Notes: generated from the letters alone by a model not told the origin. A stretch of 64,000 nt of DNA from Octopus vulgaris (GCA_951406725.2 OX597824.1:48174001-48238000); one strand, 5' to 3'; positions 25,394 to 38,525 are shown, counted from the first letter of the stretch. Made by a program: numbers and translations.

Positions 25394-25718
25394 ATGATTT
25401 GTCATGTTCATTGGAGTTTCTTATCTTGAGTATTATTTATGAATTAACTAATACATATTCAAAACATAATTCAAACAATTGGAGACAACTGCATACATTC
25501 TTGAAGCAAGTGTTTTATAATTAATTACACTAATTAAAACAACCCAATAGATTGTAAAGTTAGAGTACTAACTATTTCCCAGTTATTTCAACTGAAGCAA
25601 GTACTTTTATGACCATAAAAGTAAAATACAAAGTAAGGTTTTTAAATAACAACCTTTAATCAGAAATTCTTCAAACACTATTTCATTAAAATTTGATATC
25701 AAAAGTCAAATAAATCAC

Positions 25719-25938
25719 TTAACTCTTAATATTTAAACTAGCCACATCTGGCTCAAAATTCTATCTTTATGTTCAAAGTGGCCAGATCTGGCTTCTCACA
25801 CCTAGCCTACAAGTCATTCTAAAAATAAGTGCACAACATCAAAATCTCAAAGCTACAAGATAATATGTGATAAATTCAAAACAATGTGAATAAATAAGCA
25901 TTATATATGACAGAGTAACCTGAATGCTTAAAGGTTAA
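25719..25938 (+). mobile_element. TTAA-type MITE family 1
   Basis: TTAACTCTTAATATTTAAAC...CTGAATGCTTAAAGG-TTAA; TTAA on both sides. Confidence 0.8.
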
Positions 25939-27210
25939 GTCATGGCTAACAAATAAAAACCCTGCTGCAAGTATTGTAGAGTGGAACCTTGGAATCTCAA
26001 TACATCAAAAACTGCATAAGAAAATAATCTGTTTAAAAATAGAAAACTTTTTCTTATTACTCTGTCAGGAATTCATTTTTTGCTGAAATTATTCTTTTTG
26101 TAGGTAATTTCTGTTAATCTTACAATTTGCAATGTGTTTTAACTATTCCAAACCATATGTTTTGCACAGATACTCAATGTGAAGGTTAATAAAACATAAG
26201 AATTATAACTACAACACTTTTATTGAAGCCTTCATGTAATCATTGTTATAAGCCAAACAAATACCAGCTTACATGCTGACACTTTTATAGTTAGACCTCA
26301 ATTATCTTAACCAGATGGACAGGGAATATTTTGTTCAGATAACCAATCTGATCATAAACAGAGGAAGCCATTTGAACATTAAGTAAAAAAAGAAGAAAAA
26401 AAACTGCCTGTAGAGTTTTATGTCATTTAATTGCTAAACTGTTATAAGCTGTAATTTTTGATGCCTTTCACCACAATCTAGATGCTGTAAAATCTTCCTT
26501 TTCAGTCTGATTATTAATGGTGTTCATGCACATGGTAACAGCAACAAACTGGAAGGCTTCTAACAAAAACTTGGAACAAAATTGCAGAGTGAATAAAAAT
26601 ACTGCTGATTTTGCTATGCTTTTAAATTCTTCAGTATGTTAGATAAAAATTATTTCAACCCAGATCATACCAGCAAACTGACTGGTACATGGTACTATTG
26701 TAATTCTAACCAAAAGACCAATGTTAGAAAAACTTTTTTGATATTCTTCAATATTCTGAATTCACTCTTAATCATTGTAAATAAAGGACAAAATGATAGT
26801 ATAGCACCACTATTATTCATGAATTCAGATAACAAACACTATGGCTAATTAAATATTCATACAACATTGAGATTCTGTTTTGACAATCTGAAATTCAGAT
26901 AACCAAGATTTGACTGCACATCTAAACAATTAAGTCTGTAATTATTTCAGATCCTGTGTTTATATTAATGAATTATATCAAATTTCATAGCAAGATCTTT
27001 TCTTTGTGACTGATACTCATAGTAGTATCTTTGACAAGTGGTAATTCCACTGAAGCATCACAAAAGCAGAAGCCCCACTTTCAACAGACCTTCACAATCA
27101 ACTGTTCTTTAAATATCTGTAGAAAACACTGTTTGAAAGGATGTAAATACACATTTACCATTCAGGGATTAGTGAAATACCAGAAAGAAATGAAATACTT
27201 ATTCAGTTCT

Positions 27211-27439
27211 TTAACCCTTTTGTTACTGTATTTATTTTGAGATGCTCTGTGTTTCTTTCAATTACTTTGAATATAACAAAGAATTTAGTAAAATAACTTA
27301 GTTATCATTCAACAAGTGTTAGGAACATAAATTGTGACTAAGGTTTGGTAGAAGATTTTAATTCAAAACTTATGAAAACAAGACATTTGTACTACAAAGC
27401 CAGTGGCGGTTTCAGCCAGGTTGGTAACGAAAGGGTTAA
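27211..27439 (-). mobile_element. TTAA-type MITE family 2, well-preserved copy
   Basis: TTAA-CCCTTTTGTTAC ... GTAACGAAAGGG-TTAA inverted termini with TTAA TSD. Confidence 0.85.
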
Positions 27440-27648
27440 CTCTTTAGCATTCATATTATTCTGTCAAAAGTAAAGCTTGTTTATTCGCATGTTTTGAATT
27501 AATTATGCATCATCTTGCAGCTTTAAGATTTTGATGAGGTAACTTAAGCTTTAGAATGAAATTGTAGGGTTAGTGTGAGAAACAAGATCTAGCCAGTTTG
27601 AACATAAAACAGGTATGGATATGGCTGGTTTAAATGCTAAAGGGTTAA
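27436..27648 (-). mobile_element. TTAA-type MITE family 1, sharing a TTAA with the previous MITE
   Basis: TTAA-CTCTTTAGCATT ... AATGCTAAAGGG-TTAA. Confidence 0.85.
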
Positions 27649-28800
27649 CTAGTTGATATCCAGTAACTGTTCTTGTCAGTTACCATTTCAGAGTCTAGTA
27701 AGGGAGCTGTCAAACAGAGTTTGTGAGACAACAAACACTGAATAGACAATCCCAAATGTTATGTGAAAGATTTAATTATCAATTAGTCTGCCTTAGGATA
27801 AACTACAATAGAAGAGAGACAACATGACCATGTCAATTGATTAAAAAATAAAAAGGAATCCAATCCTTGTGCAAATGATAGGAAGATCAAATAAAAGTAT
27901 GCAGCTGTAATACTGATTACCTTACCTACAATCCAGCAATGCTATCTATCTATATGCATGCAGGCATGTATGTATGTATGTACACATTCATGGCATGGCC
28001 ATCTCTGGTTAACAGGTTCCCTTTCTTACTATGTGTTTCCAGTTCAATCTCACTGTACATGATCACAGGTGTTCTCTACTATATAACCCTAGTCCTAGGC
28101 AATTTAAAGCCTTGTGAGTGGATATGGTAGACAGAAACTGAAAGAAGCTCATTGTGGTGTGTGTGTGCCTGTTTACATTTGTACTTTTCTGAAAATAGCT
28201 AAACTGCAAGCAGTGATGAATTTCATTTCTCCATCAATAAATTGTCTTTGTGGAATAAGCAATCCCTTACTTGAAAAACAGATAAGAGCTAGCATCAGGA
28301 AGGACATTCAGCTATAAAACAATGCCTCAATAATATTTATATTGTTCTTTCACAAATATTTCTCTCATTGCTCATGCTTTGGAGAAGGCATGAAACCCAA
28401 TTCTAACCCTATAAATGCATTGATAAAAACACAAGAGCTTTATTCCATAAGTTTAGCCTCAAATGTACAGCAGCTGTAAATATCATGACAGTTAATTGAA
28501 GTTTAAGTAATGGTGAAAAGTTGTAAACATTATTTCAGATGATTTGGCTATAAACATAATTTTGGATGTTGCTAATTCTTTAAATTACTGAGTTAATTGA
28601 TATGGAATAAGAAATTATAATGGAGGTAATACATCTGAGATTGGAATTTTAATTAAGATACCAAATTACATTTAATTTCTTTCCTTATATTATTGACTCT
28701 TATAGCAATTGTGTCATGGCACCCACTACAACACTCTGTTTATCATTCATCTTGCTATATATTTTCTCAAAGGGAACTTCAGTTTGCTTAACTTTTTATC

Positions 28801-29014
28801 TGACCCTTTTGATATCAACCTGCCTGAAATTGCTCCTGGTTCTATGAAACAAACTTCCTGTTTAAAATAATCTAAATTAAAACTTTCCATTAAATTTCAT
28901 GCTAATTTGTGTTTCAAACACAATTTTAATAAAGGCAAAGTTATTTTATTAAATTCTTCGTTATTTTCAAAATTAACTGAATCAAAGGCAGAAAAATGAC
29001 AACAAAAGGGTTAA
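28801..29014 (+). mobile_element. TTAA-type MITE family 2
   Basis: CCCTTTTGATATCAACCTGCCTG...CAACAAAAGGG-TTAA. Confidence 0.75.
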
Positions 29015-29890
29015 AATACTTAAGAATAGATCAAAAGGTTAGATTTTAGAATTTCATTAAGTTTTATGTTTACACTAAATAAAAAAAAACACTCAAAAAA
29101 ATTGCCAAAGCAAACCTCAAACAAAATGTAGCTGATATGAAATCAACTCATTATAGAACTTAGCAGAATATTATTATATTTTAAAATAAACAAACAGAGA
29201 ATCTCATAAACATGTTCAGTAAGCTGAGTGCAGCTGATTTTAGATTCCTGGTTGTAGTCATTTCCATTACTAATATCTTTGGAAACAACAAGCAAATTTG
29301 TTTGGTCTCCTCTATATAACCTTGCATCTATATATGAAATCACTAGGAAAATAAAGTGGTATAAATTGAAAGAGTAAACATGTTCAAAATGTGTTTGGTA
29401 GTGGTAACATAAGTTCCCTTGCTTTGTTATTAACCTTATGATATAACTATGATTAAATTATTAGTGGTGATGATGATGATATTTCCATCAATTTTGAATT
29501 TATTTCTGGTGAGGTAGATATCAACTGAATTTGAAACTGGAATCTAGATAAATTTCATCAAAGATACACAAAAGTATTTAGTTAAAAGCTGTAACTTTAA
29601 CAGCAAATTCCCAACAAGTTACAATTGTAGAAACGTTGTTTTACTATATAGTAAAATACGTACTTTGTTTTCTCAACATGTATGTTAACTTTTGTTTGAT
29701 AGGCTTACAAATTGAGATAGTTGCTCAAGGCTCTTCTTAATCGCTAAAATGACAGTAGCACCTAGATAGACTAAAGTAGTAGAGAGTTTTGATTTTCAGT
29801 TGAATCATTTCACTTCAGTTGTGAATACTGGATGTAAGGAATGGGCTATGCCATGTTAACTCACTTTTAATATCCTTAAAAATTATATAT

Positions 29891-30110
29891 ATTAACCATT
29901 TTGTTGCCATATTTCTATTGAAATTCATTGGCTTTGTATCATTTATTTTTGAAAATAAAGAATTTAGTAAAATAGCTAGGCCATTGTTAAGCTAGTGCTT
30001 GGGGCCTAAATTTACATGAAATTCTTAAGGTTATAATTAGTTATCTTTAAAAGAGGAAGTTTGCATTACAAAACCAGGGGCCTGTTTGAGCAGGTTAATG
30101 ACCCAATAAG
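29891..30110 (-). mobile_element. TTAA-type MITE family 2, old copy
   Basis: TTAACCATTTTGTTGCCATATTTC...GAATTTAGTAAAATA...AGCAGGTT. Confidence 0.65.
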
Positions 30111-31078
30111 GATTTCTTGGTATGTTTCTTTTTCTGGTTTCAAGAACCTTAACTAGTCATTGTAATTCATACTGCCATTAGAAAACAACTATCATGTATG
30201 TAAATACCAACACTAGAATATCAAAGATATGTCAGAACATAAAAATGAAGAGAGAATAAATTAGTAACACTAAAAGAAGTGAATAGATCATCAGTCATTT
30301 ACTGATTTAGACATTCACCAAATTTATCAGAAAACAACTGTCATTAACCTTAAATGTTGCATTTTGTCTTTCAGCTTTAGACTTAAAAAGAACACAAAGT
30401 GAAAGGGAGATAAACCTAATTTAAATGTTAATAAATGCATGTTTATATGCTATTATGTATTTTTTTATATATCATCTTAATACATAGAAGTGAATGTTTA
30501 TGTGCCTTATATACCAGCAAGTGTAACATACAGATATTTGTATGTTTTGTGTAAAATTCTTCTAAAACAAAACGAAATGAAAAAAAATCCCAACTAGATT
30601 AAGATATAATAATATAAAGAAAAAATAGAAAGTTATATGTTTATATTTAAGTACTAAACCAATTATATGCTAGTTTGGTCTAAGTAACTTTTATATTTGG
30701 TCTGTGATAAAAGGAACAGAATGTTTGCTTCTCTTCAAATCAGACTGCTTTTGGTGATGCTTGACAAGACACTGAGTACAGGATGAGGGTTGATCTTGAG
30801 GCAGGTAGCTATTTCACCGGCAACTAATTTCAAGCAAGTTTTTATCTCATTGATCAATGGAAACCCAAAAGTTGGATGTAGAGTTCTCCTAGTTCAGTTC
30901 GTTAAGTTCATTTGCAAAGTATACTTATCTTAAATTTTCACTTTGCAGCATCTTAAACAAGATTTAAACAAAAGCAGTCAGTATACACAAACAGTTGCCA
31001 CGTAATGATCATAGCTTATTCATAATACCTTTATGGCATAATAGATTCAAACTTTTGAAACAGACAAATTTACTTGAA

Positions 31079-31243
31079 TTAAACCCTTTAGCATTTAAAG
31101 TGGCAATATCCAGTGAAAATATTCTACTCATTTTATATTTATATTAGGCAGATCCAGCTGCTCACACCTACCCTACAATGTTGTTCAAAAAGTAAACAAT
31201 CAGATCATAGAAATTTCAAAGTTACAAGATAATATAGGGTTAC
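31079..31243 (+). mobile_element. TTAA-type MITE family 1, truncated
   Basis: CCCTTTAGCATTTAAAG...CTCACACCTACCCTACAATG...TACAAGATAAT. Confidence 0.7.
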
Positions 31244-31659
31244 ATTTAGTATGTTTCAAGTTGTAAGTCACATTTTTGTATATCTAGGTACCAAAAATGT
31301 TGTATGGAGATACATTTTTCAAGGAGAGGTCAAAGATTATCTAACTTTTCCCTTTAACTTGGGTAAGGCCTGACACTGCTGCTAGTTCTTAATTTATGCT
31401 TCAACATAAGTGAACAAATAAAAAAAAAAATTAAAATAAGGGTTTAAGAAAATGCTGCTAATAAATTAAGAGCCATTGCTTACATTCAAACTAATACCTG
31501 TTGATAATCATTCTCTTTTATCATGTATTCCTTTACATTTGGATGGATTTCACAAATTTGGACAGCTAAAAAGAAGGAATAGGAGCAGGTGTTATGAAGC
31601 AGCTGCAAACTCTTAATCTAAACCATTCAGTTGTAAAATGGCAAATATATGTTACATGT

Positions 31660-32083
31660 ACAGGAATGGCAGTGTAGTTAAAGAAGTTTACTTTTTAACC
31701 ACATGGTTTCTGGTTCAGTTCTATGTTGTGATAGTCTGGATATAGTAGACTATAGTCCTAGGTTGACCAAAACCTTGGTGGATTTACTAGATGGAAACTG
31801 AAAAATGCTTATTGTATGTGTATATATGTATATGCGTTTGCATGTATGCTTGTGTCTCATCACCTGACATTACATGATAGTAGTAAGTACGCATCATTTT
31901 TCCAAGGTGTGTCATTCATTTCTAATCTCCATGTTCAATAAAGGGGAAATATGACCTTATTTGGAAACAGATGAGTGTTGGCGACAGATTGAGGGAAGGG
32001 CACCTTGCCATAGAAAATCTGCCTTGACAAATTCCATCCTACCCATGTAGGCATTGAAAAATGGACATTAAAACAATGATGAT
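31660..32083 (+). mobile_element. SINE family A head with RTE-like tail
   Basis: GGAATGGCAGTGTAGTTAAAG...TAGATGGAAACTG...GGAAGGGCACC...CCCATGTAGGCATTGAAAAATGGACATTAAAACAATGATGAT. Confidence 0.7.
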
Positions 32084-32576
32084 AGCTTATATAATTTTGT
32101 TGCAGGATTTTAACTCTAGACCTAAGAATGAAGAAGTTTAACAATATCCTATTATTGAACTTCTTATGCAAACTGAAAATCATGCAAATCTCTGACTACA
32201 ACTTCAACAAGAAGTGTATTTAGATCATTTTTCCAATAAATCTATCATTTGCTAATATCCGTTTAAAGATCATTATCTATGCTGGCATAAGTTATGGCAT
32301 CCCAATTATGTATCCTATTACAAGTCATATTTGCTAAACACCAATTGACTTCATCTGCAGTTTTCTTCAAATTTATATATTTTTTCTAGCATACTCATCC
32401 CTTTATATTACATATCCATACCATTACTTTAATACCAATATTTTTGTTTCTATATTAACTGCATCAAATTCAGAAAAATGCACCAAAATGTTTGAGTAAA
32501 TACACTACTATACCATATCTCAAAATTGTATGTCCTCACACAAAGGATACTAAGAGACCTTTCTCAAATTCTTCTT

Positions 32577-32760
32577 TTAACTCTTTAGTATTTAAACTGG
32601 CCAAATCCAGCCAAAATATTCTGTTTTATGTTCAAAACAACCTAATTGGGTCTCTTGCACCTATGGTACAATGTTATTAAAAATATATACAATCATATCA
32701 TCAAAATCTTGAAAGTACAAGATAATGCCTGATTAATTCAAAACAATTTAATCTGAATTG
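32577..32760 (+). mobile_element. TTAA-type MITE family 1, degenerate
   Basis: TTAACTCTTTAGTATTTAAACTGGCC...GATAATGCCTGATTAATTCAAAAC. Confidence 0.7.
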
Positions 32761-34812
32761 CAAGGTTTCTTTTTTAGCTTTTTCCTTTGTTTACTGTCAT
32801 GTCATACACATCAGGCTTGATGTATGTATCAGCGTCAACCTTTTCATACATCTTTTACTAAAATTTACACATACTTTCAAGAAAAGCATTAATTTCATAA
32901 ACTTTTCTTTCCTCCATCAACCACGAAACTTAACATTTCTGTTTTCACTAACACTTCTACAGAACCATCAGAAAATCTTTGACAGTTTTTTTTAAAAATC
33001 TATTGCTAAAAGACTGATAAACCATAAATGGTGCAAACAAAAGTTTTTTCAATCTTTTGTATAGAGTATACTGAACAATTTTGGTTAACTCCTGTTTTAA
33101 GTTCAGATAATTTCAACTTTACCTTTTGTCATTCCAGGGTCAAAATCAATATCATGCATTTAGAGCAGTCTATTATACTTCCTTTCTTACAAATGTGTAG
33201 CCTTGTGCCAAAATAAATCGATATTAAAAGTCAAGAGCAGGTGTCTTGTCTCAAAGCTTCCATATCAAATTACATGTCAGTTGTTCTAAAAATTTTGACC
33301 ATATAAAGAACTCACAGTGGGAAAGGAGATGGGGGTGGAAATTGTTATATTATAAAGCTATAGAAGATATATGAATGAAATACTGCTTCTATTGGAGACA
33401 ATTGTGTGAACGCTGAAGCAGGCAGATATTGCAGCAATTAAAACAATGTGTCAATTGAAAATAGAACATAAAAGAACACTGAGATCAGTGATATTAATTC
33501 AAATTAAATAAAATCAATGATTTCACATGATTTACTATATTAGAAAACAAAAAAACAGAAGCAGTTGTACACAAACTCTGAACAGATTAACATGTTGCTA
33601 TGAAAAACAGATTATGCTATAAAATAGTTGGATATGAATTGATAAATAGAAAAAGGTTTAATATGTATCTATGGAGTGTGTATTTATGAGGGGAGTGTAC
33701 ACCCCCATCCAAACACACATGTATGCATGTACTAATGCGTATGCATGAGATGGAAGGGAACAGCTATTTTCCTACCCCTAGTGAAGATGGGAAAACCTGT
33801 TATGCAGGTTATATTGAACAACCAACTAGTTACATAAAAGAAAAAAAAACCTGAAGTTAATTTAGACATAATATAGCTAAGAAAAAAAACAAACAAAAAC
33901 CTACCTAATCAATAGACATTTAGATAAAGGATATTTCATTCCTGCAATAACAATAGCACAATATATCTCATTTCAGCAACTTTTCCACAATTAATGATGA
34001 AAATTAACAGTTACCACTAGTAGGATTTTTACAAAAGACAAAAAGTAATTACAAACTTTTAGTGGTTTTTAAAAAAAAATTGCAATTACACTGTCTAAGA
34101 CAAGGAAATGTTTTTGACAATTTAGTCCTATGAAATTAACCATCTACATATATATCATCATCACTTAACATGTTTTCCATGATGGCATGGGTTAGACAGT
34201 TTGACTGGAGCTGGTAAGGCTAGAAACCATACCAGGCTCCACTGCCATGGTTTCTATGACTGGTTGCCAGTACTTTTAATGTGACACCAGCACAAATGCC
34301 TTTTTAAGTAGTACCAGCACTGGTATCAATTTTGTTGTGGTGGACAGGTCTTCTTGAATACAATATGTTGGCATAGATATAAAATTATTTAACATTAGGC
34401 TACTATGTTGATATAGCTTGGACAGTTTGATAGGGTCTGATGAGTTGGAGGACTACATCATGCTCCAATGTCTACTTTGTCATGGTTTCTACATCTGGGC
34501 GCTCTTCACAATATAAATCCCTTTATAGAGCATACTGGGCATTGTCTTCATGGCTCCAGTACAAGTGATGAGTGCTTTGTAAGTTGCAAGGCTAAGGCTC
34601 TAAAGAGATCTCATTTAACAGAGAGAGAACAGGAAAATGGACAATAAATGGTCTCTGATAGACAGAGGAGGGAAAGCTACAGAAGAGAAGAGCAGAAAGA
34701 AAAGGGATTGATGTCAAGGTTGAAAAAAAAATGGAGGGATAAATTTGTAAAGGTGATAAGGTAGGTTATGTAAAGGGGGAGGTTAAAAGTTATCCTGTAT
34801 ATATATGTGTGT

Positions 34813-35018
34813 GTGGAAGGCACATGGCTCAGTGGTTATAGTACTGGGCTTACAATTGCAAGATTGTGAGTTCGATTCCCAGACTGGGGTATATGCTGCA
34901 TTCTTGAACTGCATCAGCCTTTGTCTTTCCCTTGGACAACATCAGTGATATGGAGAGGGGAGACTGGTATGCACGAGCAATTGCTGGTCTTCACAAACAA
35001 CCTTGCCCAGACTTGTGC
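34813..35018 (+). mobile_element. tRNA-derived SINE family C, internally deleted
   Basis: Box A TGGCTCAGTGG and box B GAGTTCGATTCCC; body CCCTTGGACAACATC...TGCTGGTCTTC shared with 50490 and 42363. Confidence 0.8.
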
Positions 35019-35019
35019 C

Positions 35020-35185
35020 ACATGTTAATCGTTAGCAATTTTCTTCCTATCTTTCTGAAGAAGTGCGTTGCTTGAAACATTAAACCATCTTTCTCTCTTT
35101 CCCTGAGCGTCTGCTAATACTTTACATGTACCACATCCTGGCGTTATTGCTTTTTGTGTTTGTTGTTCTTTGTTTGGATTTACTA
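35020..35185 (+). mobile_element. Probable PLE terminal-repeat fragment with a decayed hammerhead motif
   Basis: CTGAAGAA-GTGC-GTT-GCTT-GAAAC-ATTA at 35055-35082; ends in (TA)n(GA)n. Confidence 0.45.
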
Positions 35186-35199
35186 TATATATATATATA

Positions 35200-35235
<36 letters not shown>

Positions 35236-35545
35236 CATGTAATGACATGCTTTTCTCAGATTATTTTCTTTTTCCTTCTATCCCTTTTCTTCATTTCTCT
35301 ATCTAATGAACAGCCATGCTTGAAATATCACACTCCATCATTTTTCCATATTAAACTTTCTCTGAGCATCAATCTTCACTGTGTATGGCCTTTTCACTTT
35401 CGTTGTTTTTCCTGTTTTTGTTTTGCCTTATATATATACACACACACACGCGCATATACACTCAAGAGAAGACAATTCACTGTCCTATGTCACTATTACC
35501 TTGCTGTCATGTTTCAGCAAATTATTGTTTTAGTAAAAAGAATAT

Positions 35546-35987
35546 TAAAAGTGGCCATAAGCAATACTTTTTGCTTCATATACTGTTTCTATCTTGAACA
35601 GAGATTTTCTAACAGACTAGCTTCCTAGTTACAAAATCAGTGACTGTATGACACTGTTTTCTATATGTTACAAGCGAGGTAAATGGCTGCCATGCCTGGC
35701 AATGAGTACCCACCACTGAGGAGGTCTGATGCAGATCGAAACCACATGGTCTGGAGGTCTTGAAGCTAGGGTGGCAGGAGTTATCTCTCACTTGCAATAC
35801 ATATTGGGTGGGACAAAATGCACTGAATGAACTAGCTGGAGGAGAGGTCTTCTTAGGGTTAACTGACAGTATTGTCAGCTCTTAGATGACAGCCACAATA
35901 AAGTAGCTATAGGCAATACATTTTGGTTTGTATACTGCTTTTATCTCAAACAGAGGTTTTCTGATAAGCTTCCTAGTTACAAAATCA
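35546..35987 (+). repeat. Diverged ~90-bp direct repeats (35546-35639 and 35899-35987) flanking a ~260-bp GC-richer insert
   Basis: Both copies end AGCTTCCTAGTTACAAAATCA and share GCAATAC..TTT..TATACTG..T.TATCT..AACAGAG.TTTTCT. Confidence 0.75.
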
Positions 35988-36049
35988 ATATCAAAATATT
36001 TTCTTGATAATTTCTTCTAAATATGAATTGCATCAAAAACACAAATATT

Positions 36050-36470
36050 TATAAAAATGTTTGTGATTCTTGCATTAAGTATATCTAGTTCTTGTCAGCA
36101 ATTGGGATTCAAATTGACATAGATTTCATCAAAACAATTGAACTAGTCATCTCAGGATTGCTTCAAATAATAATTATTATTCTCGAGAATTCTAATCTAA
36201 AAGTTCTATGGCATACATTCTATTTGTTTTTTCTGCATTGATGATTTCCTTTGAATATTCAATTTCCATTGATGAACTGACAAGCTATCATTCAAAGAAT
36301 TCCTTGAGTTCTCTAAAAATCAATTCCCTTTCAAACATTGGTATTTTGTAAATAAATTGTTTATTTGACAACAGCCCAAATCTGTTAGATAGAACCTCAA
36401 TGAACCTTGCTTTAAATTCCCAGCTCTTTAACACCATCATTGAAATATTTTCTTTGAAAAAGTAACCCAC
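36050..36470 (-). mobile_element. Possible old LINE ORF2 linker relic
   Basis: EFKARFIEVLSNRFGLL resembles the NRF..L motif between the LINE endonuclease and RT; many stops follow. Confidence 0.3.
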
Positions 36471-36637
36471 CTTGATTAGTTTTCAATAGATCATACTAGA
36501 AATTTAACATGGGCTTCACTATTTGGCACAACATCACTACCTATCAAGACACTGCAGTCTTACCTATCAAGGGGAATGGGAACAGAAAAAATATACAGAA
36601 GATAAAAAAAAAAATCTTATATCAAAGCAAATTCCAC

Positions 36638-36853
36638 TCAACCCTTTAGCATTTAGATTACTTTATCAAATGTTATGTTTATTTATTCAAATTGTTTTGA
36701 ATTAATCATGTATCATCATGTAGTTTTGAGATTCAAATAGTGTGTATTTTTAGAATGATATTATAGGGCAGGTGCAAGAGGCCAGAACTTGCAAGTTTGA
36801 ACATAAAACAGCTAGAATATTTTGGCTGAATATGGCCAGTTTAAATACTAAAG
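36638..36853 (-). mobile_element. TTAA-type MITE family 1
   Basis: ACCCTTTAGCATTTAGATTAC...TTTGAACATAAAACAG...GTTTAAATACTAAAG. Confidence 0.75.
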
Positions 36854-36937
36854 TAGAGAAACAAGTTAAATTTCCTCAGTATTATTAAAACTGTTGCATT
36901 TATAAATTTTCTTCTACATATTATAATAGCAATAATT

Positions 36938-37155
36938 AGGGTGGCAAGCAGGCAAAATTGTTAGCATGCTGGACAAAATGCTTAGTGGTATTTCATCTGT
37001 CTTTATGTTCTGAGTTCAAATTCTGTTGAGGTCTACTTTGCCTTTCATCCTTTTGAGGTTGATAAAATAAGTACCTGTCAGGTACTGAGGTTGATGTAAT
37101 TGACTAGCCCCACTTCCCCCAAAATTTCAGGTCTTGTATCTATTGTAGAAAGAAT
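36938..37155 (+). mobile_element. Nin-domain SINE (family B)
   Basis: GGCAAAATTGTTAGC...TTTGCCTTTCATCCTTTTGAGGTTGATAAAATAAGTACC...GTAGAAAGAATT. Confidence 0.85.
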
Positions 37156-37811
37156 TGTTATAGTAATAATTATTTTCTAAAGTCCTATAACTTAGTTCTT
37201 ATGCTCGTCATCTATGTTAAGAAAACTGATATGATTTATAAAAAAATATTTTCTACTAGAATATTCTTTTATATATTTCAGGAATAATTATAGAGTTAAT
37301 CTTATTGATATGTATTCAAAATAACATTCTACAATAAACAAAACACAATCCAGTAGACTGTGAAAAATGATGTTAATTTAAAAAAAAAAACTTTGTTGTT
37401 TGGGGAAAAGAAAATGTAACCTCATTAAAAACAACTAGTCAAGCACATAACCCAGCTGTTTCATTCACAATGGTCAAATTGTGAATTATTGGAAGTTAAC
37501 AAATTATCACTGACACTTGCTACATACAATGCCAAATTTTACTAGATTTCTATCATGGTATATGAAGGTAGTGGATTACACCACAGTTGGTAGAGTTATG
37601 AATAAAATGCCTTATGGGATTTATTCAAGTTCCTTCTGTTCTGAATTAAAATCTCACCTGGGAGCTGTCATTGCTGTTTGTTCATCCACAGTCAGTAAGA
37701 TATTAGTGAAATACTAGGATTGAGATGTTTGGCCATACTCTGCCCCGATCCCAAATCATTTCCAGTTATGTTCTTATATTAGAGATCATCATCATTATTA
37801 TTATTATTAAT

Positions 37812-38525
37812 AAGGTGGTGAGCTGGCAGAAATGTTAGCATACTAGGCAAAATGCTAAGTGGTATTTCATCTGTCTTTATGTTCTAAGTTCAAATTTCGC
37901 TGAGGTTGACTTTGCCTTTCATCCTTTCGGGGTCGATAAATTAAGTACCAGTTGTGTACTGGCATCAATCTAATCGACTGGCCCCCATCCCAAAAGTTTT
38001 GGGCCTTGTGCCTAGAGTAGAAAAGATTATTAATATTATTATTAAGGCTGTGAGCTGGCAGAATCATTAGCAGACCAAGTAAAATATTTAGTGGCATTTC
38101 ATCCGTCTTTTGAGTTCAGATTCCATCAAGGTTGACTTTGCCATTCATCCTTTCAGGTTTGATAAAATAAGTACCAGTTGAGCACTGGGTTTGATTTACT
38201 AGACTTACACCCTCCCCCAAACGTGCTGGCCTTGTGCCAAAATTTGAAATTATTATTATTATTCTTAGGATGGGGAAGTGACAAGATGGTGGATCAGTTG
38301 AATTATTAGAGCATTGAACAAAATGTCTTGCTCTATTCATTCTGGCTCTTCAAATTGAGTGCAAATCCCAGAGTTAACTTTGCCCTACATCCTTCTGAAG
38401 TTGATAAAACAAAGTACCAAACCCAGAAATGTAAATTAGCAGAATCCTCTGAGTTTTGGCCAAAATGCCTTGCAACATTTGAGGATCTTTACATTCTGAG
38501 TTAATGTTGCCCTTCATCCTTTACA
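37812..38525 (+). mobile_element. Chain of about four head-to-tail Nin-domain SINEs (family B)
   Basis: Copies start at about 37812, 38044, 38270 and 38435; the first has GCCTTTCATCCTTTCGGGGTCGATAAATTAAGTACCAG intact; the first three are preceded by (ATT)n. Confidence 0.85.

Noticed and set aside
29143-29343. Minus-strand ORF after an acceptor-like TTTTCCTAG
   Set aside because: No clear donor and no recognisable protein similarity.
34361-34378. CAATATGTTGGCATAGAT, resembling miR-31
   Set aside because: Seed mismatched, lies among decayed repeats, no hairpin.
34813-34890. tRNA-like A and B boxes (also at other SINE heads)
   Set aside because: SINE heads; no complete cloverleaf, so no tRNA gene is called.
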